From positions 52,080,001-52,144,000 of the forward strand of contig CM059440.1 of assembly GCA_030390025.1 (NCBI GenBank): DNA of 64,000 bases. The letters run 5' to 3'. The translations under genes were made by a program, and so were the position numbers. Origin of the DNA: Squalus acanthias. Its lineage: Eukaryota. Under the pieces are notes generated by a model. The model was not told the DNA's origin. It saw only the letters and a list, made by a program, of their open reading frames with translations, and did not search any database. The first letter of the stretch is position 1. Each line of letters begins with the position of its first letter. Of the stretch, positions 25,775-39,280 are shown piece by piece.

Positions 25775-26430
25775 GCAGTGCATCTTGTAGATGGTACACA
25801 CTGCAGCCACGGTACGCCAGTGGTGGAGGGAGTGACTGTTTAAGGTGGTGGATGGGGTGCCAATCAAGCGGGCTGTTTGTCCTGGATGGTGTCGAGCTTC
25901 TTGAGTGTTGTTGGAGCTGCACTCATCCAGGCAAGTGGAGAGCATTCCATCACACTCCTTACTTGTGCCTTGTAGATGGTAGAAAGGCTTTGGGGAGTCA
26001 GGAGGTGAGACACTTGCCGCAGAATACCCAGCCTCTGACCTGCTCTTGTTGCCACAGTATTTATGTGGCTGGACCAGTTAAGTTTCTGGTCAATGGTGAA
26101 TCCCAGGATGTTGATGGTGGGGGATTCAGCGATGGTAATGCCATTGAATGTCAAGGGGCGATGGTTAGACTCTCGCTTCTTGGAGATAGTCATTGCCTGT
26201 CACTTCTGTGGTGCGAATGTTACCTGCCACTTATCAGCCCAAGCCTGAACGTCGTCCAGGTCTTGTTGCATGCGGGCATGGATTGCTTCATTATCTGAGG
26301 AGTTGTGAATGGCACTGAACACTGTGCAGTCATCAGCGAACATCCCCACTTCTGAACTTATGTTGGATGGAAGGTCATTGATGAAGCAGCTGAAGATGGC
26401 AGTTAGGGATGGGCAATAAATGCTGGCCTT
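25775..26430 (-). mobile_element. LINE RT fragment (second family); upstream part at 30180-31080
   Basis: Translates as INILGFTIDQKLNWSSHIN..STIYKAQVRSVMECSPLAW. Confidence 0.8.
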
Positions 26431-26431
26431 G

Positions 26432-29400
26432 CCAGACAGAGTAAAAGAGCTAGGAAGGTAGTGCAGGAGTCCCCTGGGTCCATCTCCCTCTCCAACAGAT
26501 TTTCCGTTTTGGATACTGCTGGGGGAGATGGTTTCTCAGGGGAATGCAGCAAGAGCCAAGTCCGTGGCACTATGAGTGGCTCAGCTGCACAGGAGGGGAG
26601 GAAAAGAGTGGGAGGGCAATAGTGATAGGGGATTCTATTGTAAGGGGAACAGGTAGATGTTTCTGTGGCCGCAGACGTGACTCCAGGATGGTATGTTGCC
26701 TCCCTGGTGCCAGGGTCAAGGATGTCACTGAGCGGCAGCAGGACCTTCTGAAGGGGGATGGTGAACAGCCAGAGGTTGTGGTCCATATCAGTACCAACGA
26801 CATAGGTAGAAAGAGGGACGAGGTTCTGCAAGCAGAATATAGGGAGCTAGGAAATAAATTAAAAAGCAGGACCTCAAAGGTAGTAATCTCAGGATTACTC
26901 CCAGTGCCACGTGCTAGCGAGAGCAGAAATAGGAGAATAGAGCAGATGAATGCATGACTGGAGAGATGGTGTAGGAGGGAGGGATTTAAATTCCTGAGGC
27001 ATTGGGACCGATTCTGGGGAAGGCGGGACCTGTACAAGCTGGACGAATTACACCTCGGCAGAACCAGGACCAATATCCTCGCAGGGGGGTTTGCTAGTGC
27101 TGTTGGGAATGATTTAACCTAGTTTGTCAGGGGGCTGGGAACCTAAGTGTGGGCCCAGAATGGAGAGAAACAAAGCTGGTAGTGCAAGTTAGAAAAGTAG
27201 TCAGCAAAACTAGTAGGGAGCAGAAACAAAGGCCAACAGTAAAGAGGGTCAAAGTGCAGAAAAATATTAAACAGGCAAAGTTGAAGGCACTTTATCTAAA
27301 TGCACGTAGCATTCGCAACAAGGTGGATGAAATTAATGGCACTAATAGAAGTAAATAATATATGATGTCATTGCCATTACAGAGACATGGCTTCAGGGTA
27401 ACCAAAGCTGGGAACTGAATGTTCCAGGGTGCTCAACATTTAGGAAGGACAGACAAAAAGGAAAAGGAGGTGGCGTAGCGCTGTTAATAAGGGATGAGAT
27501 CGGTACGGTAGAGATAAAAGATCTTGGCTTGGCAGATCGTGATGTAGAACTGGATTTAGTTTGGGTGGAGCTAAGAAACAGCAAAGGGCGGAAAACATTG
27601 GTGGGAGTTGTGTATCGGCCACCAAACAGTAGTGGTAATGTAGGGCACAGTATCAATCCAGAAATTAGAAGTGCATGTAACAAGGGCAATACAGTAATCA
27701 TGGGGGACATTAATCTACATATGGACTGGGCAAATCAAATTACCACTAATGGTGTGGAGGACGAATTCTTGGAATGCATGCGAGATGGTTTCCTGGATCA
27801 GTATGTAGAGGAACCAACCATGGAACAGGCTATTCTGGATCTGGTACTGTGTAATGAGAAAGGGCTAATCAATAATCTTGTGGTAAAGGGGCCTTTAGGG
27901 ACAAGTGACCATAATATGATTGAATTTTACATTAATTTTGAGAGTGATGTAGTCCAATCTGAAACTAAGGTCGTCAATCTGAACAGAGGAAACTACAAGG
28001 GTATGAGGGACAAGTTGGCCATGGTAGATTGGGAGACTACACTAAAAGGTATGAAGGTGGACATACAATGGCTAACATTCAAGGAAATAATGCATAATTT
28101 GCAACAAATATATATTCCTCTCGGGCATAAAAACCCAAAAGCAAAAGTGATCCAACCATGGCTAACAAAAGAAATTAAAGCTAGTATTAAGTCAAAGGAG
28201 GAAGCTTATAAAGTTGCCAGAAAAAGCGGTCAGCCTGAGGATTGGGATCTTTTTAGAAATCAGCAAAGGGGGACCAAGAAATTGATAAAGAAAGGGAAAA
28301 TGGAATATGAGCACAAACTAGCAAAAAAACAGATTGTGAAAGCTTCTATAGGTATGTGAAAAGGAAAAGACTGGCGAAGGTAAATGTAGGTCCTTTACAA
28401 TCAGAGATGGGAGAATTTATAATGGGGAATGAGGAAATGGCTGAGAAATTAAATAAATACTTTGTTTCTGTCTTCACGGAGGAAGACACAAAAAACCTCC
28501 CAGAAATACGAGAAAACCAAGGGTGTGACGAGAATGAGGAACTTAAAGAAATTATTATTAGTAAAAAAACAGTACTAGCAAAATTAATGGGACTAAAAGT
28601 CGATAAATCCCAAAGACCGGATGACCTACATCCTAGGGTTTTGAAAGAGGTGGCCATTGGGATAGTGGACGCATTGGTTATCATCTTCCAAAATTCTATA
28701 GATTCTGGAACGGTTCCTGCAGATTGGAGGATAGCAAATGTAACCCCGCTATTTAAGAAAGGAGGGAGAGAGAAAATGGGGAATTACAGACCTGTTAGCC
28801 TCACATCAGTAGTTGGGAAAATGCTGGAATCTATTACAAAGGATGCAATAACTGGGCACTTAGAAACTATTTGGGCAGAGTCAACATGGATTTATGAAAG
28901 GGAAATCCTGTTTAACAAACCTATTGGAGTTCTTTGAGGATGTAACTAGTGGAGTAGACAAAGGGGAACCGGTAGATGTGGTGTATTTGGATATTCAGAA
29001 GGTCTTCGATAAAGTCCCACACAAGGGATTGGTGAAGAAAATTAGGGCACATGGAATTGGGGGTAATATACTAGCATGGATTGAGAATTGGTTAACAGAC
29101 AGAAAACAAAGAGTAGGGATAACCGAGTCGTTTTCAGGATGGCAGGCAGTGACTAGTGGGGTACCGCAAGGATCGGTGCTTGGGCCCCAGCTATTCACAA
29201 TCTATATCAATGATTTGGATGAGGGGACTAAATGTCACATTTCCAAATTTGCTGATAATACAAAGCTAGGTGGCAGTGTCAGTTGTGAAGAGGATGTGAA
29301 GAGGCTTCAAGGGGATCTCGACAGGCTCAGTGAGTGGGCGAGAATATGGCAGATGGAATATAATGTGGATAAATGTGAAGTTATCCACTTTGGTAGAAAA

Positions 29401-30178
29401 AACAGAAAGGCAGAGTATTTCCTAAATGGTGAAAGATTGGGGAATGCAGATGCTCAAAAGGGACCTGTGTGTCCTTGTACATGAGTCACTGAAAGTGAAT
29501 GTACAGGTGCAGCAGGCCATTAGGAAGACAAATGGTATGCTGGCCTTCATTACAAGAGGATTTGAGTACAGGAGTAAAGAAGTCTTACTCCAATTATATA
29601 GCGCCTTGCTGAGACCACACTTGGAGTACTGTGTACAATTTTGGTCTCCTTACCTAAGGAAGGATATACTTGCCATAGAGGGAGTGCAACAAAGGTTCAC
29701 GAGATTGATTCCTGGGATGGCGGGACTGTCGCATGAGAAGAGATTGAGTAAACTAGGCATGTATTCTCTTGAATTCAGAAGAATGAGAGGGGATCTCATT
29801 GAAGCATACAAAATTATTACAGGGCTTGATAGGGTGGATGCTGGGAGAATGTTTCCCTTGGCTGGGGAGTCTAGAACCAGGAGCCACAGCCTTAGGATAA
29901 AGGGTAGGCCATTCAGGACTGAGATGAGAAGAAATTTCTTCACACAGAGGGTGGTGAATCTTTGTAATTCTCTACCCCAGAGGGCTGTGGAGGCTTAGTC
30001 ATTGGGTATATTCAAAACAGAAGTCGATAGATTTCTGACTAGTAAGGGCATCAAGGGATATGGCGATAGGGCCGGTGAATGGAGTTGAGGTAGAAGATCA
30101 GCCATGATCTCATTGAATGGCGGAGCAGGCTCGAAGGGCCGAATGGCCGACTCCTGCTCCTATTTCTTATGTTCTTAT
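26432..30178 (+). mobile_element. Long CR1 LINE: ORF1 esterase-like domain and frameshifted ORF2 (APE endonuclease and RT)
   Basis: ORF1 IVIGDSIVRG..CCLPGARV..HISTNDIG; ORF2 YLNARSIRNK, VVYRPP, SDHN, NYRPVSLTS, GVPQGSVLGP, KFADNTK; CR1 3' tail. Confidence 0.95.
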
Positions 30179-30179
30179 G

Positions 30180-31080
30180 GTTGGGGCTAGGACACTGCCC
30201 TGAGAAACTCCTGCAGCGATGTCCTGGGGCTGTGATGATTGACCTTCAATCACCACAACCATCTTCCTTTGTGCTAGGTATGACTCCAGCCAGTGGAGAG
30301 TTTTTCCCCCTGATTCCCATTGACTTCAATTTTACTAGGGCTCCTTCATGCCACACTCAGTCAAATGCTGCCTTGATGTCAAGGGCAGTCACTCTCACCT
30401 CACCTCTGGAATTCAGTAATGAGGTCAGGAGCAGAGTGGTCTTGGCGGAATCCAAACTGGGCATCAGTGAGCAGGTTATTGGTGAATAAGTGCCGCTTGA
30501 TAGCAATGTCAATGACACCTTCCATCACTTTGCTGATGATTGAGATGGGGCGGTAATTGGCCGGATTGGATTTGGCCTGCTTTTTGTGGACAGGACATAC
30601 CTGGGCAGTTTTCCACATTGTCGAATAGATGCCAGTGTTGTAGCTGTACTGGAACAGCTTGGCTAGAGGCACGGCTGGTTCTGGAGCACAAGTCTTCAGC
30701 ACGATAGCCGGGATGTTGTCAGGGCCCCTAGCCTTTGCTGAATCCAGTGCGCTGAGCCGTTCCTTGATATCACGTGGAGTGAATCGAATTGGCTGAAGAC
30801 TGGCTTCTGTGATGGTGGGGACCTCAGGAGGAGGCCGATATGGATCATCCACTCGGCACTTCTGGCTGAAGATGGTTGCAAACGCTTCAGCCTTGTCTTT
30901 TGCACTCACGTGCTGGGCTCCACCATCATTGAGGATGGGGATATTCATGGAGCCTCCTCCTCCCGTTAGTTGTTTAATGGTCCACCACCATTCACAACTA
31001 GATGTGGCAGGACTGTAGAGCTTTGATCTGATCCATTGATTGTGGGATCGCTTAGCCCTGTCTATAGCATGCTGCTTCCG
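30180..31080 (-). mobile_element. LINE ORF2 fragment (second family)
   Basis: Translates as KARGPDNIPAIVLKTCAPE..PVHKKQAKSNPANYRPIS..QFGFRQDHS. Confidence 0.85.
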
Positions 31081-32129
31081 TTGTGGTAAGAATAAAGGTG
31101 AGGCTATTAGCGCTCACCGTTATAGAGTAAATTGGACAGCAACTTCCAGCCTCCGCACATGTGCAATTAAACACACAAATCCTGAAATTGCTGTCTGATT
31201 TGCCCTGCTCCTCCACAAGCTTCGCTACACTGGTACCTCGCTGAGAGATTCGGCATTCAAACAATGAATGGCGTGAAGTTGCAATACTAACCCACTAAAT
31301 ACACCAGAAAGTGTTAGGGCTGATGCATTCAGGTGTAAGTGAATTTTTAACAGCGTAATATGTCTTAATTACTGCCAAACAAACACTCTGCACCTGAAAA
31401 TTTATGTTTACAAGTGTGGGGTCTCATTCCTTCAGATTTTAATTATTGTTGGAGATTTAAAAAAATTAAAAATTAAATTTTTAAAAACTTTTTCTTTCTG
31501 TCTCTTTTATCTCTCTCTTAATCCCATCCTTTTTCCCTCTCTTTATTTTGCTTGCTGTGCATAATTTTACATTGAATTAAATATTCTAACTTACACTTCC
31601 TGGTTTAGACTGCGTGTCTCAGTGAGGATTCTTCAATCTGATTGGTTGAGGAGACACGTTGTTGCTTGTCCTGTTCGCACACGCCCCACATCTCCTGTAG
31701 AGGGCGCCGTGCTGTTTCAGACACCCGATGACCGTAAGTTGCCACTCAAAAGCTCACGAAAAGTCTGTGGGCAGCTGCAAGTGTAATGAACGGCGAGCGC
31801 CACTGAGAGCAAATTCCACGCCAGTGTGTTTAATGTTGGACTAATTTAATAAATACATTTTTTTTAAAAACAACGCCCGATCTCAGATGCTAGGCAGAGG
31901 CGGGCCTGGGTTAGTACCTACTTGGGAGACCGCCTGGGAATACCAGGTGCAGTGGGCTTTTCTTGCCAGCAGAGGCTGCTCTCAGCTCTGCACATTCACA
32001 CTGCCTTCAATCACCAGCCTTTTTGCTGCTCGCTCCTGCACTCACTCTCTCTTTCTCGCTCTCTTTCTCTTTCCTTTGCTGCACATTCTCTTGCTGGCAG
32101 ACATAGGGAAGGGGGCCGAGATAGAGTGG

Positions 32130-33240
32130 CATTGTCAGAATAGATGCGGCGGAGATGGAGAATGGAATAGAATCCTTGCAGGAAGCGGGGAGAGTCAGTG
32201 GGTTTGTAGTGGATTTTGGTCAATAGCCTATCCTCAGAAATGGAGACAGAGAAGTTGAGGAAGGGAAGGGAAGAGTCGTAGATGGACCATGTGAAGGTGA
32301 GGGAAGGGTGGAAATTGGAAGCCAAGTGAATGAAATTTTCCAGTTCAGGGCGAGAGCAGGAAACGGCACCAACACAGTCATCTGTTCTGACGATGCCACC
32401 TTCCATACTAGTGCTTCCGATATGTCTTCCTTTTTCCTCAACCGAGGATTCACCTCTACCGTGGTTGACATGGCCCTTGACCTTGTAAGTTCCATTTCCC
32501 GCACTTCTGCTCTCACCCCTTCCCCTCCCTCCCAGAACCACAATAGGGTTCCCCTTGTCCTCACCTTTCACCCCACCAGCCTCCACATTCAACGGGTCAT
32601 CCTACGTCATTTCCGCCACCTCCAGCGTGATCCCACCACCAAACACATCTTCCCCTCCCCCCCGCTTTCAGCATTCTGAAGGGACCGCTCCCTCCGCGAC
32701 ACCCTGGTCCACTCCTCTATCACCCCCAACACCCCTTCCCCTTCGCTCAACGTAAGCTCGAGGAACAGCACCTCATCTTTCGATTAAGCACTTTACAGCC
32801 TTCTGGATTTAATATCGAGTTCAACAATTTCAGACTATAACCTCGGCCCCTATATATTTTTTTCCAATTTTTCTCACATGGTAGCTGTTGATGATTCTAC
32901 CATTGCCATTTACACCCCATCTAGAGTCATCTTATGTTCCTTAACTTGTCCCATTACCTTCTCCTTTTGCCTTGCATCATCATCCCTTTTGTCATTTAAT
33001 CTCTCCTGCTTTCCAGCCTATCACAGTCCCTCCCTTTGTTCTTTCCTCCCCTCCTCCCTTTCCCTGCCCCTGCTTAAAAATCTGTTACGTCTGTAACCTT
33101 TTCTAGTTCTGACGAAGGGTCCTCGACCCGAAACGTTAACTCCGTTTCTCTCTCCTCGATGCTGCCTGACCTGCTGAGTGTTTCCAGCATTTTCTGTTGT
33201 TATTTCAGATTTCCAGCATCCACAGTATTTTGCTATTGAA
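32130..33240 (+). mobile_element. Penelope-like element remnant (inverted 5' part 32130-32380) with terminal hammerhead motif
   Basis: RT C-terminal peptides NFHPSLTFTWSI..LPFLNFSV..HYKPTDS (minus) and ICSDDATFH..MSSFFLNRGF..RVPLVLTFHP (plus); ctgacgaagggtcctcgacccgaaacgttaac at 33109-33140. Confidence 0.8.
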
Positions 33241-33269
33241 CTGTGTTAAGCCCTGCCGACACCTCAAAA

Positions 33270-34260
33270 GGCTTTTGATCATTAAACTCAAGGCTGAGGG
33301 GGTTCAGGGTAAACTTTGGGAATGGAGAAGTAACTGGCTGAAGGATAGGAAACAGTAAGTGTTCATCAGAGGAGCTGGGTCAGATTGGAGGGGAGTACTG
33401 TGTCAGGTGCCTCAGGGTTGGTGCTGGGAGCACTATTATTTCCAATTTACATAAATGACCTGGATTCAGAAACTCGATGCAAAGTGGTCAGATTTATGGG
33501 TGATACCAAACTAGGAGAAGCAGTGGATTTGGAAGAGGCAGCTTTGAAATTACAGGGTGAGATGGACAACATATGCAAGTGGGCAGAACAATGGCAGATG
33601 AAATATAATGCAGACAAATGCTACACACAGGAAGGAAAAATAGACAACATGTATACTGCATGAATGGTGTTGAAATTGCTAAGAATGAAACTGAAAGAGA
33701 ACATGGAGTCTTGCTAGACTCTACGATAAATATGGCCAACCAAGGCAGAGCGGTTAGCAGCAAAGCTGACCCAATGTTGAATTATACAGCCCAAAAATGG
33801 TAGAATATAATGAAGAGGAATGAGCGATCAAAATTTATAGTGTCTTTGTTCACCCAAACCTTGAATACTGCATCCCATTCTGGTCACCCAGAAGCAAGAG
33901 ACAGCCAAATGCTGAAGGCGGTGCAGAGAAGAGCCACAAGACTGATTCTCAGGTGTCAGGGCTCTGAACTGAGGGGAAAGACTGGGTTTTTTTCCCACCT
34001 AAAAAGAGGCAGCTGAAAGATGATCTCAGAGGCATATAGATATTGCTACAGGTATAGAAAAAGTTAACCCAGAATGTGACTTTAAATTAAGTTGCCGAAG
34101 TAGATCTAGAGGACACAGGTTCAGGCTAGTAAAAGGTAGTTTTAGGACAGGTATCAGGAAATTCATCTTCACACAGTGATCAACATGTGGAATAAACTTC
34201 CAGAGTAAGTGGAGGCAAAAATCCTAGAATCACTTAAACAATTGGATGTTACAATGGGAG
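33270..34260 (+). mobile_element. Old degenerate CR1 fragment
   Basis: Translates as VLGALLFPIYINDLD..DTKLG..WAEQWQMKYNADKC and VQRRATRLI. Confidence 0.8.
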
Positions 34261-37200
34261 TGTTGTATGAACCGTATTTAACAGATTCAAGGACCCATGA
34301 GTCAGTGACACAATGACAGATGTTTATTGATATTTTACAGAGCACTGAGACTTCAAGTAAGCGATATATGTCTATATGCTCACAAGTAGGAGGCCCATTG
34401 AGGACATATAAACGATACCCCTCATGTAGTTTGCAGCGCTGGGAATCAACTTGTGTTACAAATCACACATTTGTACAGATTAGCAAACAAGGATAGCTGA
34501 ACTGAGTTCTGTTAGTTCCATCTTTGTATTTCCCTTTCAACTGCTGTCTTTTCCTCCCTTGTTCTAACCTTATCTGTAGCAGACGGTCCCAGTTCACTGA
34601 TCCCGAGGCGTCTTTTGCTTGTTTTCTTACATGGCCGTCATGAGCTCATTGTTGTACTTTTCCATTTTCCCTAAACTAGGTTGACCCACAGTAACCCTAG
34701 AAATTCTGAAGGCATTCACTCAATGCTTTCTCCTCATGTCGAGGTATCCTAACTGTAAGGTTTCCAAAATTTGCAGATCCCCAAAACCTAAGGAAAAAGG
34801 ACTTTGGAACTACCTCAGAGTGATAAAATTGCATTTGGGCCTAACATAAGGAATTTAAGACCAAAAACCAAGCTGTATGCAAGAAAATTGTAATCGCATT
34901 CCCTTCCGACACCCTCCTCACGTTCTAGACAGGAAAAAGTTAAAAGCTTGTTGTCTAATAGGTAATCCCTCGCACCTATAGCTTCCAACCTCTCTTTCTA
35001 CTGTAGTCTTTCTTGCTTCTATTTTATCAATACTGCTATGGTCAGTACTTCCCCGAATTTACCTCTCTTGTTCCTTATTAACTGCAAATTCACTGTCGTG
35101 CAAACTCTTCCTCCTCCCGGCATCTCCATTGTGTTGAAATCAAGATTGGTTTCACTATTTTCCGACACTAATTCTTTCCCCAGGCCTCAAACCTGTCGAA
35201 CTCCTCACGAACTTCAGCCTTCTCTTCTGCCCACAATCTAAAAGGGACACTTTTATTGGTATTTTACCTCCAATTTTCTCCTCTCCTGAAGGTGGTAACT
35301 CAAGTGTTGTATGGTGCACAGGTGCCAACAGCTGTCTAGTTCATCACTCAGAGTCCAATCTTCAGTTCTGAGGCTGAGTGTAAACCCTTTACAGATGTTG
35401 ATGGACCTGCCAAGTGTTTTTGTGAATTTGTTTCAGATTTCCAGCATTTGCAGCTCTTTCTCTTTTTACCCTTTCTTCATGTCTAAGCCTAGACAGCGAG
35501 ATGTTTGGACATTGAGGGTATCCACCTGACCTGAATCACGATCCTCATTTAACATCCACACACACACACTCTTTCCAGCACGGGTGACGGGCAGTGATCA
35601 GGAATGGGAAACCTGACTGACGTCTTGCAGCCAGAGCCAAATGTAGAGCCCCACTATTGGCCTTGCTCAGATCAGCAAACTCAGCATAGACCTGGCATCA
35701 TCCTAGTCAGTACTAAATTGTTCATTTTAAATCCGAGATTGATAGATTTCTGTTAACCAGGGGTGTTAAGGGATATGGGGCAAAGGCGGGTATATGGAGT
35801 TAGGTCGCAGATCAGCCATGATCTCATTGAATGGCGGAACAGGCTCGAGGGGCCTGTTTGAATATTTAAACTGAACCTTGCTCTAACACTGTGATATTTT
35901 TATTGAGAAGTCGCACAACACCAGGTTATAGTCCAACAGATTTATTTAAAATTACAAGCTTTCGGAGCTATCCTGCCCCTTCTTCAGGTAGAGTTACTGT
36001 GAGAGAATATTTTTATTGGAGTACAATGATGATTCCTCCTAATGTTTTAAGCAGCTCTGGATGGCTAGTGTGAAGATCCAGCACCACTAATAATGTAAAG
36101 GAGGATGGAAATTTGGATTACATAGGATATACAGCACGGAACAGGCCATTCGGCCCAACCAGTCATTGCCGGCGTTTATGCTCCACTAGAGCCTTCTCCT
36201 GTCTTTCCTCATCTAACTCTATCAGCATAACCCTCTATTCCCTTCTCCCTCATATGCTTATCCAGCCTCCCCTTAAATGCATCTATACTATTTGCTTCAA
36301 CCACTCCTTGTGGTGGCAAGTTCCACATTCTCACCACTCTCTGGGTAAAGAAGTTTCTTCTGAATTCCCCATTGGATTTCTTGGTGACTATCTTATATTG
36401 ATGGCCCTGAGCTTTGCTCTTCCCCACAAGTGGAAACACTGGGCTGGATTTTGAAGTTGGAGTCGGGTTGGGGTCGGGAATCACACATTCTGGCTTGTGA
36501 ATCCGCCTCCATCGAGATGTGGCCAACCCACTGTATTTTCCCTTGATTGACCTTGTTGAGCCCGCCCAGTGGGCTCAGCAGGCCAATTAAGGGCCACCCG
36601 GCAACAGGTGATGTCACAGACTGACATTTCATCTGTCAAGAGCTTCTGACAGATGAAATATCAGCGTTTGACAGCTCTGTGATTTCTAACTTCAGTCCTT
36701 CCTTTCAGGCTGAGTTAGAAATCATTCCAGCACAGGAAACAGAAGGCTGCAGGTTTTGACAGAACCACGGCTTTCCTGCTTTCTGTGCCGGTGAGATTTC
36801 TAACTCCCGAGAACTGAAGGGCTGACACCTGCAGGAGGAAGTTAAGGTAAGTAAAACTTTTTGCAACACTTAGCACTTACCTTACACACTTACCTCTGCA
36901 CACATGCACCCATCACTCACCTGCCCACCGGACATATCGACCCCTCCAACCCCTGCAGACCCACGGCCCGCCCCGATAACTTGGAGTGGTTGCCACCTGT
37001 CGGGAAGCCCACACTTTTCTTTTTAAAATAGGGATTAGGCAAAAAACTGCCTGTTAACTACCTGTTAGGTTGATTTGGCTATGATAAATTGACCCTTAGT
37101 GTTAGGGGGGATTAAATATGTGGGGTTATGGGGATAGGATGGGATATGTTAGGGGGAATTAAATGCGTGGGGTTACGGGGGTAGGGTGGGATGTGAGTAC

Positions 37201-37825
37201 TGTGGGGATTGGGGCAGGGACAGGGTGCTGGATTTGGATGATCAGCCATGATCGTATTGAATGGCGGAGCAGGCTCGACGGGCCGAATGGCCTACTCCTG
37301 CTCCTAGATTCTATGGGGTAAAAATTCAGTTGGTTGCGCCTCCCGTTAGCGCCTTAAATGGGCGCTAATGGGGCGTTAAGGCGCTAACGCCCGGGCGCGG
37401 CGCTGTTTGCGCCGCTCGAGAACTTAACTTGAGATTGTGCGGCGGCGCTAAAACTTACCGCTGCGACCACCTGCGCGCGCAGATTGTGACGTCAGTCCGT
37501 GGTGCAACGCCGTTGGGGCGCCCCGGAGCGGAAATTGAGTGGCGCCCCCTGCCTTACCGCCTGGCGCTTCCAACGACCGGAAGACTGGAACGTTATCAAT
37601 CGGTCTGGGGCTGGGGGGGCGCTATTTAAAGGGGGCCTCTTCCTGTCTTTTTCTGTGGTCGACATTTATGCACCACTCGTTCTGAGAGAGAGAGAGAGAT
37701 TCGGAGAGAGAGAGAGAGAGACTTCTACATTGACTCAACGCTTTGTGAGGTAGTTTTGCCTAGTTCATCCTAACTTTGCTGCTACTTTCGTTGCTGTACC
37801 TCATTACTTTTCTGGCAAAGAGAAG

Positions 37826-38986
37826 ATGGGGGCTGCAATGATTGGGGGCGTCGTCCTGCTCCAGCTCAATCGGAGCAGAGTGAGACGCAGACAGAGAGTG
37901 GCAATGATGGCCAGACGGAGGAGGCCCATCAGGCGCATGTACAGGAGAGCTTACCCTCCCAGGGTATATCGTGAACAGCTCTCCTACATCCACATGTCCG
38001 AGGAGCTGTGTTTGCGAAGGCTGCGATTCAGCAAGGAGGTGGTCACTGAGCTCTGCCACCTGCTGCAGCCAGATCTGCAGCCTCAGCTGAGGTCCAGGAC
38101 GTCTCTGTCGGTGGCAGTGAAGGTCACAGTGGCCTTGAACTTCTACGCCACTGGCTCATTCCAAGCTGCTGTTGGGGACCTCGCCAATATCTCCCAGTTT
38201 GCGGTGCATCGCTGCATCCGGCAGGTCACCAATGCCCTCTTCACAAGGAGACGAGACTTCATCTCCTTCCCTATGACCCCAGACAAGCAGCATGACCGTG
38301 CTATGGGCTTTGCGAGGGTAGCGGGCTTCCCCATGGTGCAGGGCGCCATTGACTGCACGCATGTGGCTTTGCGTGCTCCGCGAGAGAATGCAGAGGAGTT
38401 CCGGAACAGAAAAGGGTTCCATTCCTTGAATGTGCAGTTGGTCTGTGACCACAGACAGGTGATTCTCGCTGTCAATGCCCACTATCCGGGCAGCTGCCAT
38501 GATGCTTTCATCCTGCGCCAGAGTACTGTGGCAGAAATTTTCGAGGCACCGCATCAGCCAGTCGGTTGGCTTCTGGGGGACAAGGGGTACGCATTGAGCA
38601 CCTGGCTGATGACACCGCTCCGTGCGCCAAACACCCCTGCTGAGCTGCGGTACCAGGAAAGCCAACAAGCAACGAGGAACATTATTGAGCGCACAATCGG
38701 CGTGCTCAAACAACGATTCCGCTGTCTGGACCATTCCGGAGGAGCCCTGCAGTACTCGCCTGAGCAAGTTTCCAAATTCGTAGTGGTGTGCTGCATGTTG
38801 CACAACATGGCAATCCTCAGGACGCAGCCAATGCCACCAGGCCTTGCAGCACCACAAGAGGAGGAGGAGGAAGAGGAGGAACTGGCCGAGGACGATGATC
38901 AGCAGCAGCACCAAGGCAGGAGGGCGGCCCACAATGGTCAAACTGCAAGGGCCGTCCGTCAACGACTAATAGCAAGCCGCTTCTAG
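37826..38986 (+). CDS. Harbinger DDE transposase (HARBI1-like, 386 aa)
   Basis: Motifs LNFYATGSFQ, GAIDCTH, NRKGFHSLNVQLVCD, GSCHDAFIL, LLGDKGY, IERTIGVLKQRFRCL; uninterrupted ORF. Confidence 0.93.
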   Translation: MGAAMIGGVVLLQLNRSRVRRRQRVAMMARRRRPIRRMYRRAYPPRVYREQLSYIHMSEELCLRRLRFSKEVVTELCHLLQPDLQPQLRSRTSLSVAVKVTVALNFYATGSFQAAVGDLANISQFAVHRCIRQVTNALFTRRRDFISFPMTPDKQHDRAMGFARVAGFPMVQGAIDCTHVALRAPRENAEEFRNRKGFHSLNVQLVCDHRQVILAVNAHYPGSCHDAFILRQSTVAEIFEAPHQPVGWLLGDKGYALSTWLMTPLRAPNTPAELRYQESQQATRNIIERTIGVLKQRFRCLDHSGGALQYSPEQVSKFVVVCCMLHNMAILRTQPMPPGLAAPQEEEEEEEELAEDDDQQQHQGRRAAHNGQTARAVRQRLIASRF

Positions 38987-39280
38987 GGCCCCTGCCAGTG
39001 CTACAAACACGAATCAACCCAGCACGCAACCCCTAAGCCGGCCAAGGCACCAATAATTCCAACCACCAGCCATGTATATTTTGAATACAGAAACTTATTT
39101 ATTGTACAAACTCTGTGTGTGTCAATTCCTCATGACAAACTCATAGAAATAAACACAAAAAAACAGTCAATAACATAACTGGTTCTCACAACCTGGAGAT
39201 AATGTCCAAAACACTAAACAAAAGTTGGGCCATGAACCTCGGCCTTTAATAAAAAAATGACCAGCATTTTGGCACACCTC

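Larger units (their letters stand above)
25598..31961 (+). pseudogene. 5S rRNA pseudogene in two pieces (25598-25628 and 31872-31961)
   Basis: 5' piece gcctac..ctgaaaacgcccgatc; 3' piece aacgcccgatctcagatgctaggcag..gggcctgggttagtac..tgggagaccgcctgggaataccaggtgc..ggctttt, matching the 5S internal control region and T-run terminator, with indels. Confidence 0.8.

Noticed and set aside
31872-31961. Functional 5S rRNA gene
   Set aside because: It is split from its 5' end and carries indels and substitutions.
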